Assembly (NCBI GenBank): GCA_963702475.1
Contig: CAVPCT010000009.1
Location: forward strand, 160,001 to 224,000
DNA: 64,000 nucleotides
Direction of reading: 5' to 3'
DNA from: an uncultured Thermoleophilia bacterium
GTDB lineage: Bacteria; Actinomycetota; Thermoleophilia; UBA2241
Positions 1 to 9,736 of the stretch are shown here, piece after piece; positions within the stretch are counted from its first letter, which is position 1; every line of letters begins with the position of its first letter. Made by a program: the position numbers and the translations under genes. The notes under the pieces are model-generated. The model was given only the letters and a program-made list of their open reading frames with translations. It did no database searches and was not told the origin of the DNA.

Positions 1-59
1 CAGTCGGCCTCGTGCCTTGGGACGAGGTCAAGCGGCGGCTGACCGCCAGTCTCGAGTGA
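1..59 (+). CDS. 3' end of putative addiction-module antitoxin (partial)
   Basis: Frame from base 3 reads VGLVPWDEVKRRLTASLE*. The PWDEVKRRL tail is typical of addiction-module antitoxins, and the stop overlaps the toxin start (GTGA). Confidence 0.6.
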   Translation, partial: VGLVPWDEVKRRLTASLE

Positions 60-355
60 CCCGCGTCTGGTTCCTGCCGTCGGCGGTCGTCGACGTCAGG
101 ACCGCTTGGGCGTGGTACGAAGAGGAGAGGGCAGGGCTGGGGGACGAGTTTGTCGCGGCCGTCGAAGCAGCAGTCGACCGTCTCCTGGACTCGCCGCTGG
201 CGAGCCCGGTGGTGTTCCGCGACGCGCGCCGCTTCCTGCCGGAGCGCTTCCTGTACTGCCTGTTCTACCGCGTCGTCGGGGATGGCGTTGTCGTGATCGC
301 CCTGCTCCACGCCGCGCGTGATGCGGACGTGCCCGAAGGCCGGTTGCCGGCCTGA
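56..355 (+). CDS. RelE/ParE-family type II toxin
   Basis: GTG at 56; AWAWYEEERAGLGDEF...RRFLPERFLYCLFYRV...VIALLHAARD is a ParE-like signature. Confidence 0.8.
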   Translation: MTRVWFLPSAVVDVRTAWAWYEEERAGLGDEFVAAVEAAVDRLLDSPLASPVVFRDARRFLPERFLYCLFYRVVGDGVVVIALLHAARDADVPEGRLPA

Positions 356-402
356 CGAGCGCCAGCGTCGTTGCCGCGCGGATGGGGGACATCCGCCCGG
401 CG

Positions 403-723
403 TCACTCAGCGCCGAGCGCGCCATCCTCTCGCGCCGGCGTGATGCTCGCCTGCTGGGGCCGCAGTCCGACGTTCAGTTGCATCCCCAGGGCGAATGCCA
501 ACTTCGTCATCGTCTTGAGCGTGAAGTTGGCGTTGCCGCCGAGCACGCGGGTCACATAGGCCTGCGACGTGCCCAGCCTGCGGGCCAGCTCGGTCCTCGT
601 GATGCCCTGCTCCGCCATGGCGGCCGAGAGCGCCTCCGTGAAGGCGATGATCGCGCCCTCCTCCCAGTACTCGGGCATGCGGCGAGCGTCGTCGAAGAGC
701 TGACGGAACGACGGCTCAGTCAC
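403..723 (-). CDS. XRE/HigA-like HTH antitoxin
   Basis: GTG at 723; AMAEQGITRTELARRLGTSQAYVTRVLGGNANFTLKTMTKLAFAL is an HTH_XRE; start overlaps the stop of the upstream toxin. Confidence 0.8.
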   Translation of the reverse strand: MTEPSFRQLFDDARRMPEYWEEGAIIAFTEALSAAMAEQGITRTELARRLGTSQAYVTRVLGGNANFTLKTMTKLAFALGMQLNVGLRPQQASITPAREDGALGAE

Positions 724-1121
724 GTCTCCTCCAGAAGGCCGAGCTTGCCGGCGCGTTTGGCGTTGAGGTAGCGCCAGCGGGTCCGCGTCGTCTGCTCGAC
801 GGCGAGCGTGAGCCGGCGCGGCTTGGGTTTCGCCAGGGCCTCGCTGCAGACCACGACGCGGCTCTCGTCGAAGAAGCAGAGGACGCGAGTGCAACCGCGC
901 GTCTTCAACTCGTACACGTCCCGCGTCAGGCGGCGGAAGCGGGACGTGTCGTGCGGCGGCCTGGACTCAGCCACGAGGTCGAAGGCGCGCATGAGGCGCG
1001 CGAACTCAGGGGGGTCGTCACGGCGGAGGCGGACCGCAAGTTCGAGCACGGGGCATCGCTCCTCGTCGGTGCACGCGGCGAGCACGGTCCATCGTCCGCG
1101 CGCGATGATGCGGAGCTTCAG
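720..1121 (-). CDS. RelE/HigB (Gp49-like) toxin, start uncertain
   Basis: FRRLTRDVYELKTRGCTRVLCFFDESRVVVC resembles the HigB/Gp49 core; toxin-before-antitoxin gene order. Confidence 0.65.
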   Translation of the reverse strand: MKLRIIARGRWTVLAACTDEERCPVLELAVRLRRDDPPEFARLMRAFDLVAESRPPHDTSRFRRLTRDVYELKTRGCTRVLCFFDESRVVVCSEALAKPKPRRLTLAVEQTTRTRWRYLNAKRAGKLGLLEET

Positions 1122-1139
1122 CTTAACACAACAGTTAAG
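1122..1139. promoter_or_regulatory. Palindrome CTTAAC-N6-GTTAAG, candidate antitoxin operator
   Basis: Perfect 6-bp inverted repeat in an AT-rich patch directly at the 5' end of the higBA-like operon. Confidence 0.5.
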
Positions 1140-1275
1140 TCGTTTCCAAGGGGAAGCATGGGGACGCACGCAACCCGTCGTCGCCTGCCTGAGGCAGGGT
1201 GACGAGGGTGGACATTGGCGCGTGGGGCGGCGGTATCGAGTATTTCGTCCACTCACCGTGTACGCTACGAAGGCC

Positions 1276-1596
1276 ATGCAGACTGACGTCGCAGCCGAGA
1301 TCGAACGCTTGGTGAGCCTCATCGTGGCCGAGGCGCACCCGGTGCGCGTGATCCTGTTCGGGTCTGCCGCGCGCGGCGAGATGACGCCGGACAGCGACAT
1401 CGATCTGCTCGTGGTGATGCCCGACGGCACGCACCGGCTCCACACCATGCAACGGCTCTACGCGCGCATCCGCGGGGTGAGAGTGCCGTTCGACCTGCTC
1501 GTCGCGACGATTGCAGACCTCGAGGCGCACGGCGACGCACTCGGCCTTATCTATCGCGACGCTCTCCGTGAGGGCAGGGAGCTCTATGCGGCCTGA
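1276..1596 (+). CDS. Minimal nucleotidyltransferase (MNT) antitoxin
   Basis: ILFGSAARGEMTPDSDIDLLVV = GSx10DxD motif; overlaps the HEPN gene. Confidence 0.85.
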   Translation: MQTDVAAEIERLVSLIVAEAHPVRVILFGSAARGEMTPDSDIDLLVVMPDGTHRLHTMQRLYARIRGVRVPFDLLVATIADLEAHGDALGLIYRDALREGRELYAA

Positions 1597-1996
1597 CTCT
1601 GCCGATCCCCGCCGCTGGCTCGCGTACGCCCGCAGTGATCTCGCGCTGGCTCGCGAGGGACGCCAGAGCGCGGACGTCTTCCTTGAGTCGCTGTGCTATC
1701 ACTGCCAGCAGGCTGTTGAGAAGAGCCTCAAAGCCGTGCTGATTGCGCACAGGCTGGACTTCCCGCGCACGCACAACGTGGGCACGCTGGCGGATCTTCT
1801 GCCGGCTACTGCGGCGCTTTCGTCCGTGGTCTCCGACGACCTGCTCCGCGGACTGAGCGCCTACGCGATCCTCTCACGGTATCCCGGGGACCTGGAGGAC
1901 GTCTCGGAGGCCGACTACGCGCAGGCGCTGGATGTCGCATCACGGATAGTCGACTGGGCGGGCTTGCATGTGGACAGCGAGTTGTCCAGTCACTGA
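1586..1996 (+). CDS. HEPN-domain toxin
   Basis: WLAYARSDL...CYHCQQAVEKSLKAVL...FPRTHN...SRYPG are HEPN motifs. Confidence 0.85.
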   Translation: MRPDSADPRRWLAYARSDLALAREGRQSADVFLESLCYHCQQAVEKSLKAVLIAHRLDFPRTHNVGTLADLLPATAALSSVVSDDLLRGLSAYAILSRYPGDLEDVSEADYAQALDVASRIVDWAGLHVDSELSSH

Positions 1997-2049
1997 GGCG
2001 CTCTGAGCGCGCCTTGGCGAGGCGGGACTTCGGGACACAGTACGTCACG

Positions 2050-2081
2050 GCCCGCTCCCCGGAAGGGGAAGCGGGCTTGTT
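2050..2081 (+). terminator. Hairpin terminator between convergent genes
   Basis: GCCCGCTCCCC-GGAA-GGGGAAGCGGGC followed by TTGTT. Confidence 0.5.
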
Positions 2082-2126
2082 GCGTCAGGGGGTGAGCCTG
2101 GCGGGCGGGTAGGGAGGGACCCGGCC

Positions 2127-3425
2127 TCAGCACCCCGGCTCGAGCGCCGCGACGGCCTCCCGGCGGCGGCGCAGGAGCATGTGGACGGCGACCAGCACCA
2201 GCGCCGCCACGTTGATCACGGCGGCGATCACGAAGGCCTGCGAGAAGCTCCCGTCGCTGGCCTCGGCGACTTGGGCGGCGAGCCGCGGTCCGGCGTAGGC
2301 CGCCACGGCGATGGTCAGGAACATGATGCCGAAGTTCACGCCGAGGTGCCGCGCGCCGAAGGCGTCCGCAGTGACCGGTCCCATGAGCGAGAGGAACCCG
2401 CCGTAGCAGAGGCCGACGGTCGCGAGCGCGAGCACCACCATGAAGTAGGCCGTGGCCTGCGAGAGCACGACGAGGGCGAGGGCGGCGAGCACCAGCATGG
2501 AGGCGAACACGGGGTACCGCCCGATCCTGTCCGACAGGCTGCCCCACCCGACCTTGCCCAACACCATGCCGAGGGCCACGAAGCCGACGACCACGCCGGC
2601 CGCCTGCGGGGAGATGCCGAGGATCTCCTGGGCGATGGGGGACGCGTGCCCGAGCACCATCATGCCGGAGAACGTGCCGGCCACGAAGAGGGCGAAGAGC
2701 ACGTAGAAGTCGGGCGTGCGCAGCATGCCGCGCCAGTCGAGGTCGGCGTCCGTGTCGTCGCCGTCGATGGCCGGCACGTCGACCAGCGGCTCTTCGTGGG
2801 CGTCGATGTGGGGGGCGGTGTACACGAGCCGCGAGCTGAGTGCGATGGCGACGAAGAAGAACATGCCGAGGGCGACCAGCGTGACCGTGAGCCCGTACCT
2901 GTCGATGAGCAGGGCGGCGAGCGGGGCGCACACGACGCCGCCGACGCCGTAGCCGGCGGTGAGGATGCCCGAGGCCATGCCGCGGCGGTCGGGAAAGAAG
3001 CGGATGACGTTGGTCATGGTGCCGCCGGGGTACACGGCGCCCATGCCGAAGCCGGCGAGAAAGGAGAACCCGTACACGCCGGCCAGCGAGTGCACGAAGG
3101 CCAGGCACACGAGACCGAGGCCGATGAGCGCGCCGCCGACGATGATCACGGTGCGCGGTTTGACGTACTGCTGCGCCTTGCCGGCGACGATGCTGGCGAT
3201 GGCGCCGGCCCCCAGAAGGGCCGTGAACGACAAGGCGATGTCGGCCGTGGACCAGCCGGCGCCCTCCGCGAGCGGCCTCTGGAACACGCTCCAGGCGTAG
3301 CCGATGCCGGCGCAGAGGCTCGCCGCCACGCAGGCGGCGAGGGCGATCCAGCGGCGCCGGCCCGCGGTGACCGGCGCGGCGTCTGGGGCTGGGTCGGTGG
3401 TTGGGGCGGGGTCAGCGGCGCGCAT
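2127..3425 (-). CDS. MFS transporter, OFA (oxalate/formate antiporter-like) family
   Basis: About 12 hydrophobic segments; YAWSVF, FFPDRRGMASG, WGSLSDRIGR, FGARHLGVNFG motifs. Confidence 0.85.
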   Translation of the reverse strand: MRAADPAPTTDPAPDAAPVTAGRRRWIALAACVAASLCAGIGYAWSVFQRPLAEGAGWSTADIALSFTALLGAGAIASIVAGKAQQYVKPRTVIIVGGALIGLGLVCLAFVHSLAGVYGFSFLAGFGMGAVYPGGTMTNVIRFFPDRRGMASGILTAGYGVGGVVCAPLAALLIDRYGLTVTLVALGMFFFVAIALSSRLVYTAPHIDAHEEPLVDVPAIDGDDTDADLDWRGMLRTPDFYVLFALFVAGTFSGMMVLGHASPIAQEILGISPQAAGVVVGFVALGMVLGKVGWGSLSDRIGRYPVFASMLVLAALALVVLSQATAYFMVVLALATVGLCYGGFLSLMGPVTADAFGARHLGVNFGIMFLTIAVAAYAGPRLAAQVAEASDGSFSQAFVIAAVINVAALVLVAVHMLLRRRREAVAALEPGC

Positions 3426-4224
3426 ACGCCGCGATCTGGTCGTCGGTGAGGTAGCCGGGGTCGGCCTGGGCGCCGTAGCCGCCGCCGTCGATGACGACGA
3501 TCTGGCCGGTGATGTTGGCGGCCAGCGGGCTGGCGTAGTACACGGCCAGGGAGGCGACCTCCTCGGGCTGCGACAGGCGACCGAGCGGCACGAGCGCGGT
3601 CGCCGTGTCCATGCTGTCGCCGATGATGCCGAGCGTCATCTCGGTGAGCACACCGCCGGAGGCGATGGCGTTGACGGTGATGCCGTACTCGGCCCACTCC
3701 ATGGCGGCCTGGCGGCTGATCGCCGCCGCGGCGCCCTTGCTGGCGCTGTACATCGGCGAGCATAGTGGCTTGCGCATGCCGACGATGCCGGCGATCGAGG
3801 CGAAGTTCACGATGGCGCCCTTCTTGCGTCGCTTCATCGACTGGCCCACGACCTCACGCATCACGAAGAAGAGCGCTTTTGCGTTGATGGCGAAGACGTC
3901 GTCCCACTCCTGCTCGGTGACGTCCTCCGCGTAGCACTGCGGGCCGACGGCGGCCGGCTGGATGAGCACGTCGATCTCGCCCATCTCGGCGCGGATCTTC
4001 TCCACAAGCGGCTTGATCTCCGCGATCTTGCGCAGGTCCTGCGGGTACGCTTTGACCTCGCCCTTCTTCGCGAGCTCGGCCGCCGACGCGGCCAGCCTGT
4101 CCTCCATGATGTCCACCATGGCGACCTTGGCGCCGCTGCTGACGAGGATATCGGCGATGGCGTAGCCGATGCCGCGCGCCGAGCCGGTGACGACGGCGAC
4201 CTGGTTGTCGAAGCGGATCTCCAC
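3412..4224 (-). CDS. Short-chain dehydrogenase/reductase
   Basis: TGSARGIG, YSASK, VVIDGG. Confidence 0.9.
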   Translation of the reverse strand: MEIRFDNQVAVVTGSARGIGYAIADILVSSGAKVAMVDIMEDRLAASAAELAKKGEVKAYPQDLRKIAEIKPLVEKIRAEMGEIDVLIQPAAVGPQCYAEDVTEQEWDDVFAINAKALFFVMREVVGQSMKRRKKGAIVNFASIAGIVGMRKPLCSPMYSASKGAAAAISRQAAMEWAEYGITVNAIASGGVLTEMTLGIIGDSMDTATALVPLGRLSQPEEVASLAVYYASPLAANITGQIVVIDGGGYGAQADPGYLTDDQIAAYARR

Positions 4225-4286
4225 GGGGACTCCTTCTCGCGTGTACGCGTGCGCGCTGGCTTGTCGTCGTGCGCCTCCCGAGGTGC

Positions 4287-4335
4287 TTGACAGCGGGGAG
4301 GCCGGGGCCCAGTATATCGTAGAGCGAGCGCTCTA
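4287..4335 (+). promoter_or_regulatory. Promoter with palindromic operator TAGAGCG-AG-CGCTCTA
   Basis: TTGACA at 4287, CAGTAT 17 bp later, perfect 7-bp inverted repeat at 4320-4335 between divergent genes; TetR gene nearby. Confidence 0.55.
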
Positions 4336-4408
4336 TCTAGGGTCGTTCCGCGCCACTCAGCAAGATAGGCAGCAGACCACTGAGACCCAGTCGGGGAGGT
4401 CACACGCG

Positions 4409-5398
4409 ATGATCAGGGCCAACTACGAGTCCGACGCCGGCAAGCGCAGGGAGATCCCGCCGAGCGAGCTGGGCACGATCCCCTTCGTCCCGTTCGAAGA
4501 GTACCGCGAGATGTTCAAGCACTTCCTGCTCCTGAAGCGGGAGAACGGCATCCTCGAGGCCCGTCTGCACACCGACGGCGACAGCATGCAGTGGGGCGCC
4601 CCGGCGCACCAGGGCCTGCACGTGTTCTTCGACCTCGCCGGCCGCGACCTGGACAACGAGGTCATCATCCTGGGCGGCACCGGCCAGGACTTCATCAAGA
4701 GCATGGGCAAGGCGGACCTCAAGCAAGACGAGGAGACCAAGGAGTTCGAGTCGCAGGGCGACGACGCCTGGAAGCTCTACGAGTACCAGTACCTCGACGG
4801 CACCAAGAACATCGAGGGCCAGATCTTCGACATCCAGGTGCCCACCATCGGCATCTGGAACGGCGCCGCCTTCCACACCGACATCCCGCTGTTCTGCGAC
4901 CTCACCCTGTGCACCGAGGACGCCTGGACCACGGAGATGCACTTCCGCGTCAACATGGTGCCCGGCGACGGCATCCAGACGGTGTGGCGCGAGCTCATGG
5001 GCCGCAAGCGCTACGCCTATGCCGAGCTGACCGGCGAGGTCATCACCGCGCGCAAGGCGCTGGCGCTGGGCATGGTCAACGAGATCCTGCCGGACACCGA
5101 GGCTGCGTACGCGCGCGCCTGGGAGATCGCCGAGCTCATCATGCGCACCGGCTCGCGCGTGACGCGTCGCATCACCACCCAGCAGCTGCGCAAGCCCTGG
5201 AAAGAGGACATCGCCGACGAGCTCCGCAACGCCTTCTCGTCCGAGATGTACGTCACCGCGACCGAGCACTCCCCGCACGAGAACAAGTACTGGGAGTGGG
5301 CGCACGAAGAGGCCGGCCTGGTCCGCGCCGCCGAGGCCAAGGGCAAGGTCATCCGCCCGCGCGTCGACGGCGGCCACGAAGAGGACGAGATCAGGTAA
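4409..5398 (+). CDS. Crotonase-fold beta-diketone hydrolase (6-oxocamphor hydrolase CamK-like)
   Basis: LHTDGDSMQWGAPAH, DNEVIILGGTG, FHTDIP, HFRVNMVPGDG, RAWEIAE align with CamK as I recall it, including the catalytic His/Asp. Confidence 0.8.
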   Translation: MIRANYESDAGKRREIPPSELGTIPFVPFEEYREMFKHFLLLKRENGILEARLHTDGDSMQWGAPAHQGLHVFFDLAGRDLDNEVIILGGTGQDFIKSMGKADLKQDEETKEFESQGDDAWKLYEYQYLDGTKNIEGQIFDIQVPTIGIWNGAAFHTDIPLFCDLTLCTEDAWTTEMHFRVNMVPGDGIQTVWRELMGRKRYAYAELTGEVITARKALALGMVNEILPDTEAAYARAWEIAELIMRTGSRVTRRITTQQLRKPWKEDIADELRNAFSSEMYVTATEHSPHENKYWEWAHEEAGLVRAAEAKGKVIRPRVDGGHEEDEIR

Positions 5399-5438
5399 GA
5401 CGGCCGGGTACGGGCGACACGAGAGAGAAGGGGACGCC

Positions 5439-6179
5439 GTGAGCGAGCAGGCAGCCGTGAGCGCCATGAGCCAGGCCCTGACCGACATGCAGGAGCGCGT
5501 CGCCGGGCGTGAGCTGCCTGCGACCTCGCAGGACCGGGAGCTGACCGACATCCGCCGGCGGCAGATCGTCGACGGCGCCAGCGCGGTGCTCTTCGAGCAG
5601 GGCTTCCATGGCTGCTCGATTCGGGACATCGCACGCGCCTGCGAGATGTCGATGGGGCAGCTCTACCACTACATCTCCTCGAAGGACGACATCCTGTTCT
5701 TGATGCACGTCTACAGCCAGGAGATGTGGCACGAGCACCTGGCCGACGCGGGCTTCGACGCGATCGCCGACCCGGTGGACAAGCTCGAGCACGGCTTGCG
5801 GATCACGATGAAGTACCTCTCGGAGAACCGCGACCTGTACCAGTTCCTGTACACGGAGTCCAAGTACCTCGACCGCGAGCACCTTCGCGAAGTGCTGGAG
5901 CTGGACGACCAGAACGTGGTCGGCTTCTACCGGCACCTGCTGGCGCAGATCCCGGGCTTCGCCGACCGTGACCACGCCGACCTCGCCGCCAACCTGGTCG
6001 CGTTCGTCTGCGTGTTCCTCTCGCTGCGCGGCTGGAACCTGCACCTGGGTGGCGAGGCCGACGTGGACGCCGCCGTCGACTACCTCGTCGATTTCGTGTT
6101 CCGCGGCCTCGGCATCGAACGCGCCGTCAGGCAAGGCGACGGAGCGCAGACGACACACACTTCGGAGGAAAGCGCATGA
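5439..6179 (+). CDS. TetR-family transcriptional regulator
   Basis: [51 protein letters not shown]. Confidence 0.9.
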   Translation: MSEQAAVSAMSQALTDMQERVAGRELPATSQDRELTDIRRRQIVDGASAVLFEQGFHGCSIRDIARACEMSMGQLYHYISSKDDILFLMHVYSQEMWHEHLADAGFDAIADPVDKLEHGLRITMKYLSENRDLYQFLYTESKYLDREHLREVLELDDQNVVGFYRHLLAQIPGFADRDHADLAANLVAFVCVFLSLRGWNLHLGGEADVDAAVDYLVDFVFRGLGIERAVRQGDGAQTTHTSEESA

Positions 6180-8498
6180 TGGTGATCCGCAAGGCGGCCG
6201 TGCTGGGCGCAGGCCTGATGGGCGCCACCGTGGCGGCCCAGCTGGCCAACGCCGGCATCCCGACGGTGGTGCTCGACCTGCCGCCGACCGAGACGGCCGA
6301 GAACGGCCTCGAAGGCGCTGGCCAAGGCGCGGCCGGCGCCGCTGGCCCACAAGGACCGCCAGGCGCTGCTCACCGCCGGCAACTTCGACAGACGACCTCG
6401 GACTGCTGGCCGACGTCGACTGGGTCGTCGAGGCGGTCGTCGAGAACCTCGAGGTCAAGACGGCGCTGTTCGCGCGCGTGGCCGAGCGCCTGAACGACCG
6501 CGCGATCGTCACGACCAACTCGTCCGGCCTCTCGGTGAACGCGATGGCCGAGGCCCTGCCGGAGGCGCTCAGGCCGAGGTTCTTCGGCGCTCACTTCTTC
6601 AACCCGCCGCGGTACATGTACCTGCTGGAGGTCATCCCGAGCGAGTACACCGACGCGGCGCTCGTGGATGCCTTCGCCGACTTCGCCTCCCTGCGCCTCG
6701 GCAAGGGCGTGGTGCGCTGCAACGACGCGCCCATGTTCGTGGCCAACCGCATCGGCATGTTCACCACCGTGCACGCGATGAACAAGATGGGCGAGTTCGG
6801 GCTGACGGTCGAAGAGGTGGACGCGGCCAGCGGGCCGGCCATCGGCCGCGCCGTGACGGCGACCTTCGGCACGGCGGACCTGGCCGGCTCGGACATCCTC
6901 GCGCACAACGTCGCCGCGCACGCGAGCACGGCGAGCGACGACGAGATGCTCGAGCTCTGGCAGGTGCCGGACTGGGTGCTGGCGCTCATCGACAGCGGCC
7001 GCACCGGCAACAAGTCCGGCAGCGGGTTCTTCAAGGACCGCCGGGCCCTGACCATCGACCCGGCGACGCTGGAGTACCGGCCGTTCCAGAAGCCGCGGCA
7101 GGCGAGCCTGCAGGCGGCGGCCGGCATCAAGGACCCGGTGGCGCGCGTCGCAGCCGTCATCTCCAAGGATGACGAGGCCGCGCGCTTCGCCTGGGAGATC
7201 CTCGCCGGCACGATGCTGTACGCGGCGCACCGCATCCCCGGCATCTGCGCCGACATCACCGCCGTCGACGACGCCATGCGCTGGGGCTACGCCTGGGACC
7301 TGGGACCGTTCGAGCTCTGGGACGCGCTCGGCGTGCCGGAGACGGTCGCGCGCATGCGCGAGGACGGCCGCCCGATCCCGGCGTGGGTCGAGGAGCTCGC
7401 CGCGTCCGAGACAGCCGTCGTTCTACCTGCGTGAGGACGGCCGCACGCTCATCTGGGGCCCGGGCCAGACGGAGCACAAGGCTCTGGCGCCGCGCGCGCG
7501 GAGCATCCAGCTCGCGCGGCTCAAGGCCACCGGCCACGTGCTGGCCGAGGACGAGCACGCCAGTCTCGTCGACCTCGGAGACCGCGTGGCCTGCATCGAG
7601 TTCCACACCAAGGCCAACATCGTCGGCGAGGGCGTGCTGGCCTTCATCGAGGCGACGCTCGCCGAGGCCGGGGGCGACTACGACGCGCTCGTCATCGGCA
7701 ATCAGGGCGCCCACTTCTCCGGCGGCGCCGACCTCAAGATGATGGTCGGCAAGATCGAGGCCGAGGACTGGGACGGCATCGACGCCACGCTGAGGAACGC
7801 GCAGCGCGCCAGCATGGCGCTCAAGTACGCGCCGGTCCCGGTCGTCGCCGCCCCGTTCGGGCGCGTCCTGGGCGGCGGTCTCGAGGTCTGTCTGCACTGC
7901 AGCCGCGTCCAGGCCCACACCGACGTCAGCATGGGCCTGGTCGAGACGGGCGTCGGCCTCGTGCCTGCGGCCGGCGGCATCAAAGAGACCGTGGTCCGCG
8001 CCATGGCGTTGCACAGCTGGCGAGGCCATCATGTTCCCGATCCTGCGCGAGCCCTGGGAGGCCATCACGATGGCCAAGACGTCACGCTCCGCGCTCGACG
8101 CCGCCGAGATGGGGTACCTGCGCGGCGGCGACGGCATCACCATGGACCGCGACAGCGTGATCTACGCCGCAAAGCAGGTCGCGCGCAGCATGGCCGACGC
8201 CGGCTACCAGCCGCCGGTGCCGCCGGCAATCACCGTGCAGGGCCGCGACGGCCTCGCCAACTTCCACAAGCTCCTGCACATCGTGCGCTGCGGCGACTTC
8301 ATCAGCGACCACGACCAGTTCCTCTCCGACCAGGTGGCGTGGGTGATGTGCGGCGGCGACGTGGACCCCGGCAGCGTGGTCGACGAGCAGTACCTGCTCG
8401 ACCTGGAGCGCCAGGCGTTCCTCACGGTGTGCCGCACCGAGAAGACGATGGAGCGGCTGCAGGCGATGCTGACCAGCGGCAAGCCGCTGCGCAATTGA
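6176..8498 (+). CDS. 3-hydroxyacyl-CoA dehydrogenase/enoyl-CoA hydratase (FadN-like), frameshifted near 6311, 6391, 7415 and 8015
   Basis: [58 protein letters not shown] and the C-terminal TSGKPLRN are spread over several frames. Confidence 0.85.
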
Positions 8499-8524
8499 CC
8501 GGCCGGGACCCAAGGAGACGAACG

Positions 8525-9705
8525 ATGAGAGAAGCTGTGATCGTGTCCTCGGTGCGCACGCCGGTCGGCAAGGCGCCCCGAGGGCTCGCTGAAGACGGTG
8601 CGGCCGGAGACGCTGGCCGTGACCGCCATCCGCGCCGCCATGGAGCGGGCGCCGGGGCTGGACCCGGCCGAGATCGACGACATCGTCTGGGGCTGCGCGT
8701 TCCCCGAGGCCGAGCAGGGGCTCAACCTGGCCCGCTACGTCGGCATCCTGGCCGGGCTGCCCGAGAACGTGCCCGGCGTCACCGTGAACCGGTTCTGCTC
8801 GTCGGGCCTGCAGGCCATCGCCTTCGGCGCCCAGGCGATCATGAGCGGCATGGCCGACGTGATCCTGGCCGGCGGCACCGAGTCGATGTCGTGCGTGCCC
8901 GGCGGCGGCAACAAGGAGATGCCGGACGACGCCGTGGCCGCCGTCGGCCGCCGACGCGTACACCAGCATGGGCATGACGGCCGAGAACGTGGCCGAGCGC
9001 TACAACGTGAGCCGCGAGGAGCAGGACGCCTTCGCGGCGCAGAGCCAGGCGCGGGCGCTGGCGGCACAGGCCGAGGGCCGCTTCGACGACGAACTCGTGC
9101 CGGTCCCGGTGGTGCACCGGCGGCCCGGCCCGGGCGGGACGATCGTCGAGTCGACGACGATGTTCACCGCCGACGAGGGGCCGCGCCCGGGCAGCACGCC
9201 CGAGGTGCTGGCGAAGCTGCGCACGATCTTCAAGCAGAACGGTACCGTGACCGCCGGCAACTCGTCGCAGACGAGCGACGCCGGCGCGGCCGCCGTACTG
9301 ATGAGCGGCGAGAAGGCCGAGGCCTTGGGCCTCGAACCGCTCGCCGTGTTCCGCTCCTTCGCCTGCTACGGCGTCGACCCCGGCGTGATGGGCATCGGGC
9401 CGGCGTTCGCCATCCCGAAAGCCCTCAAGATCGCCGGCATCGGCATCGACGACGTCGACCTGGTCGAGCTCAACGAGGCCTTTGCCAGCCAGGCCGTGTA
9501 CTGCGTCCGCGAGCTCGGCCTGGACCCCGAGATCGTCAACGTCAACGGCGGCGCCATCGCGCTCGGGCATCCGCTCGGCGCGACCGGCGCCAAGCTCACG
9601 GCCACGCTGCTGCACGAGCTCAAGCGCCGCAAGGGCCGCTACGGCGTCGTGAGCATGTGCATCGCCGGCGGCCAGGGCGCCGCCGCCGTGTTCGAGCGCG
9701 TCTGA
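8525..9705 (+). CDS. Acetyl-CoA acyltransferase (thiolase), frameshifted near 8585 and 8945
   Basis: [52 protein letters not shown]. Confidence 0.9.
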
Positions 9706-9736
9706 CCCGCCCGGCAACGAGAGCCAGGGAGACGAG

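Noticed and set aside
6176-9705. Programmed ribosomal frameshifting in the FadN-like and thiolase genes
   Set aside because: The breaks are multiple, lack slippery heptamers and occur in families not known to be recoded; sequencing error or decay is simpler.
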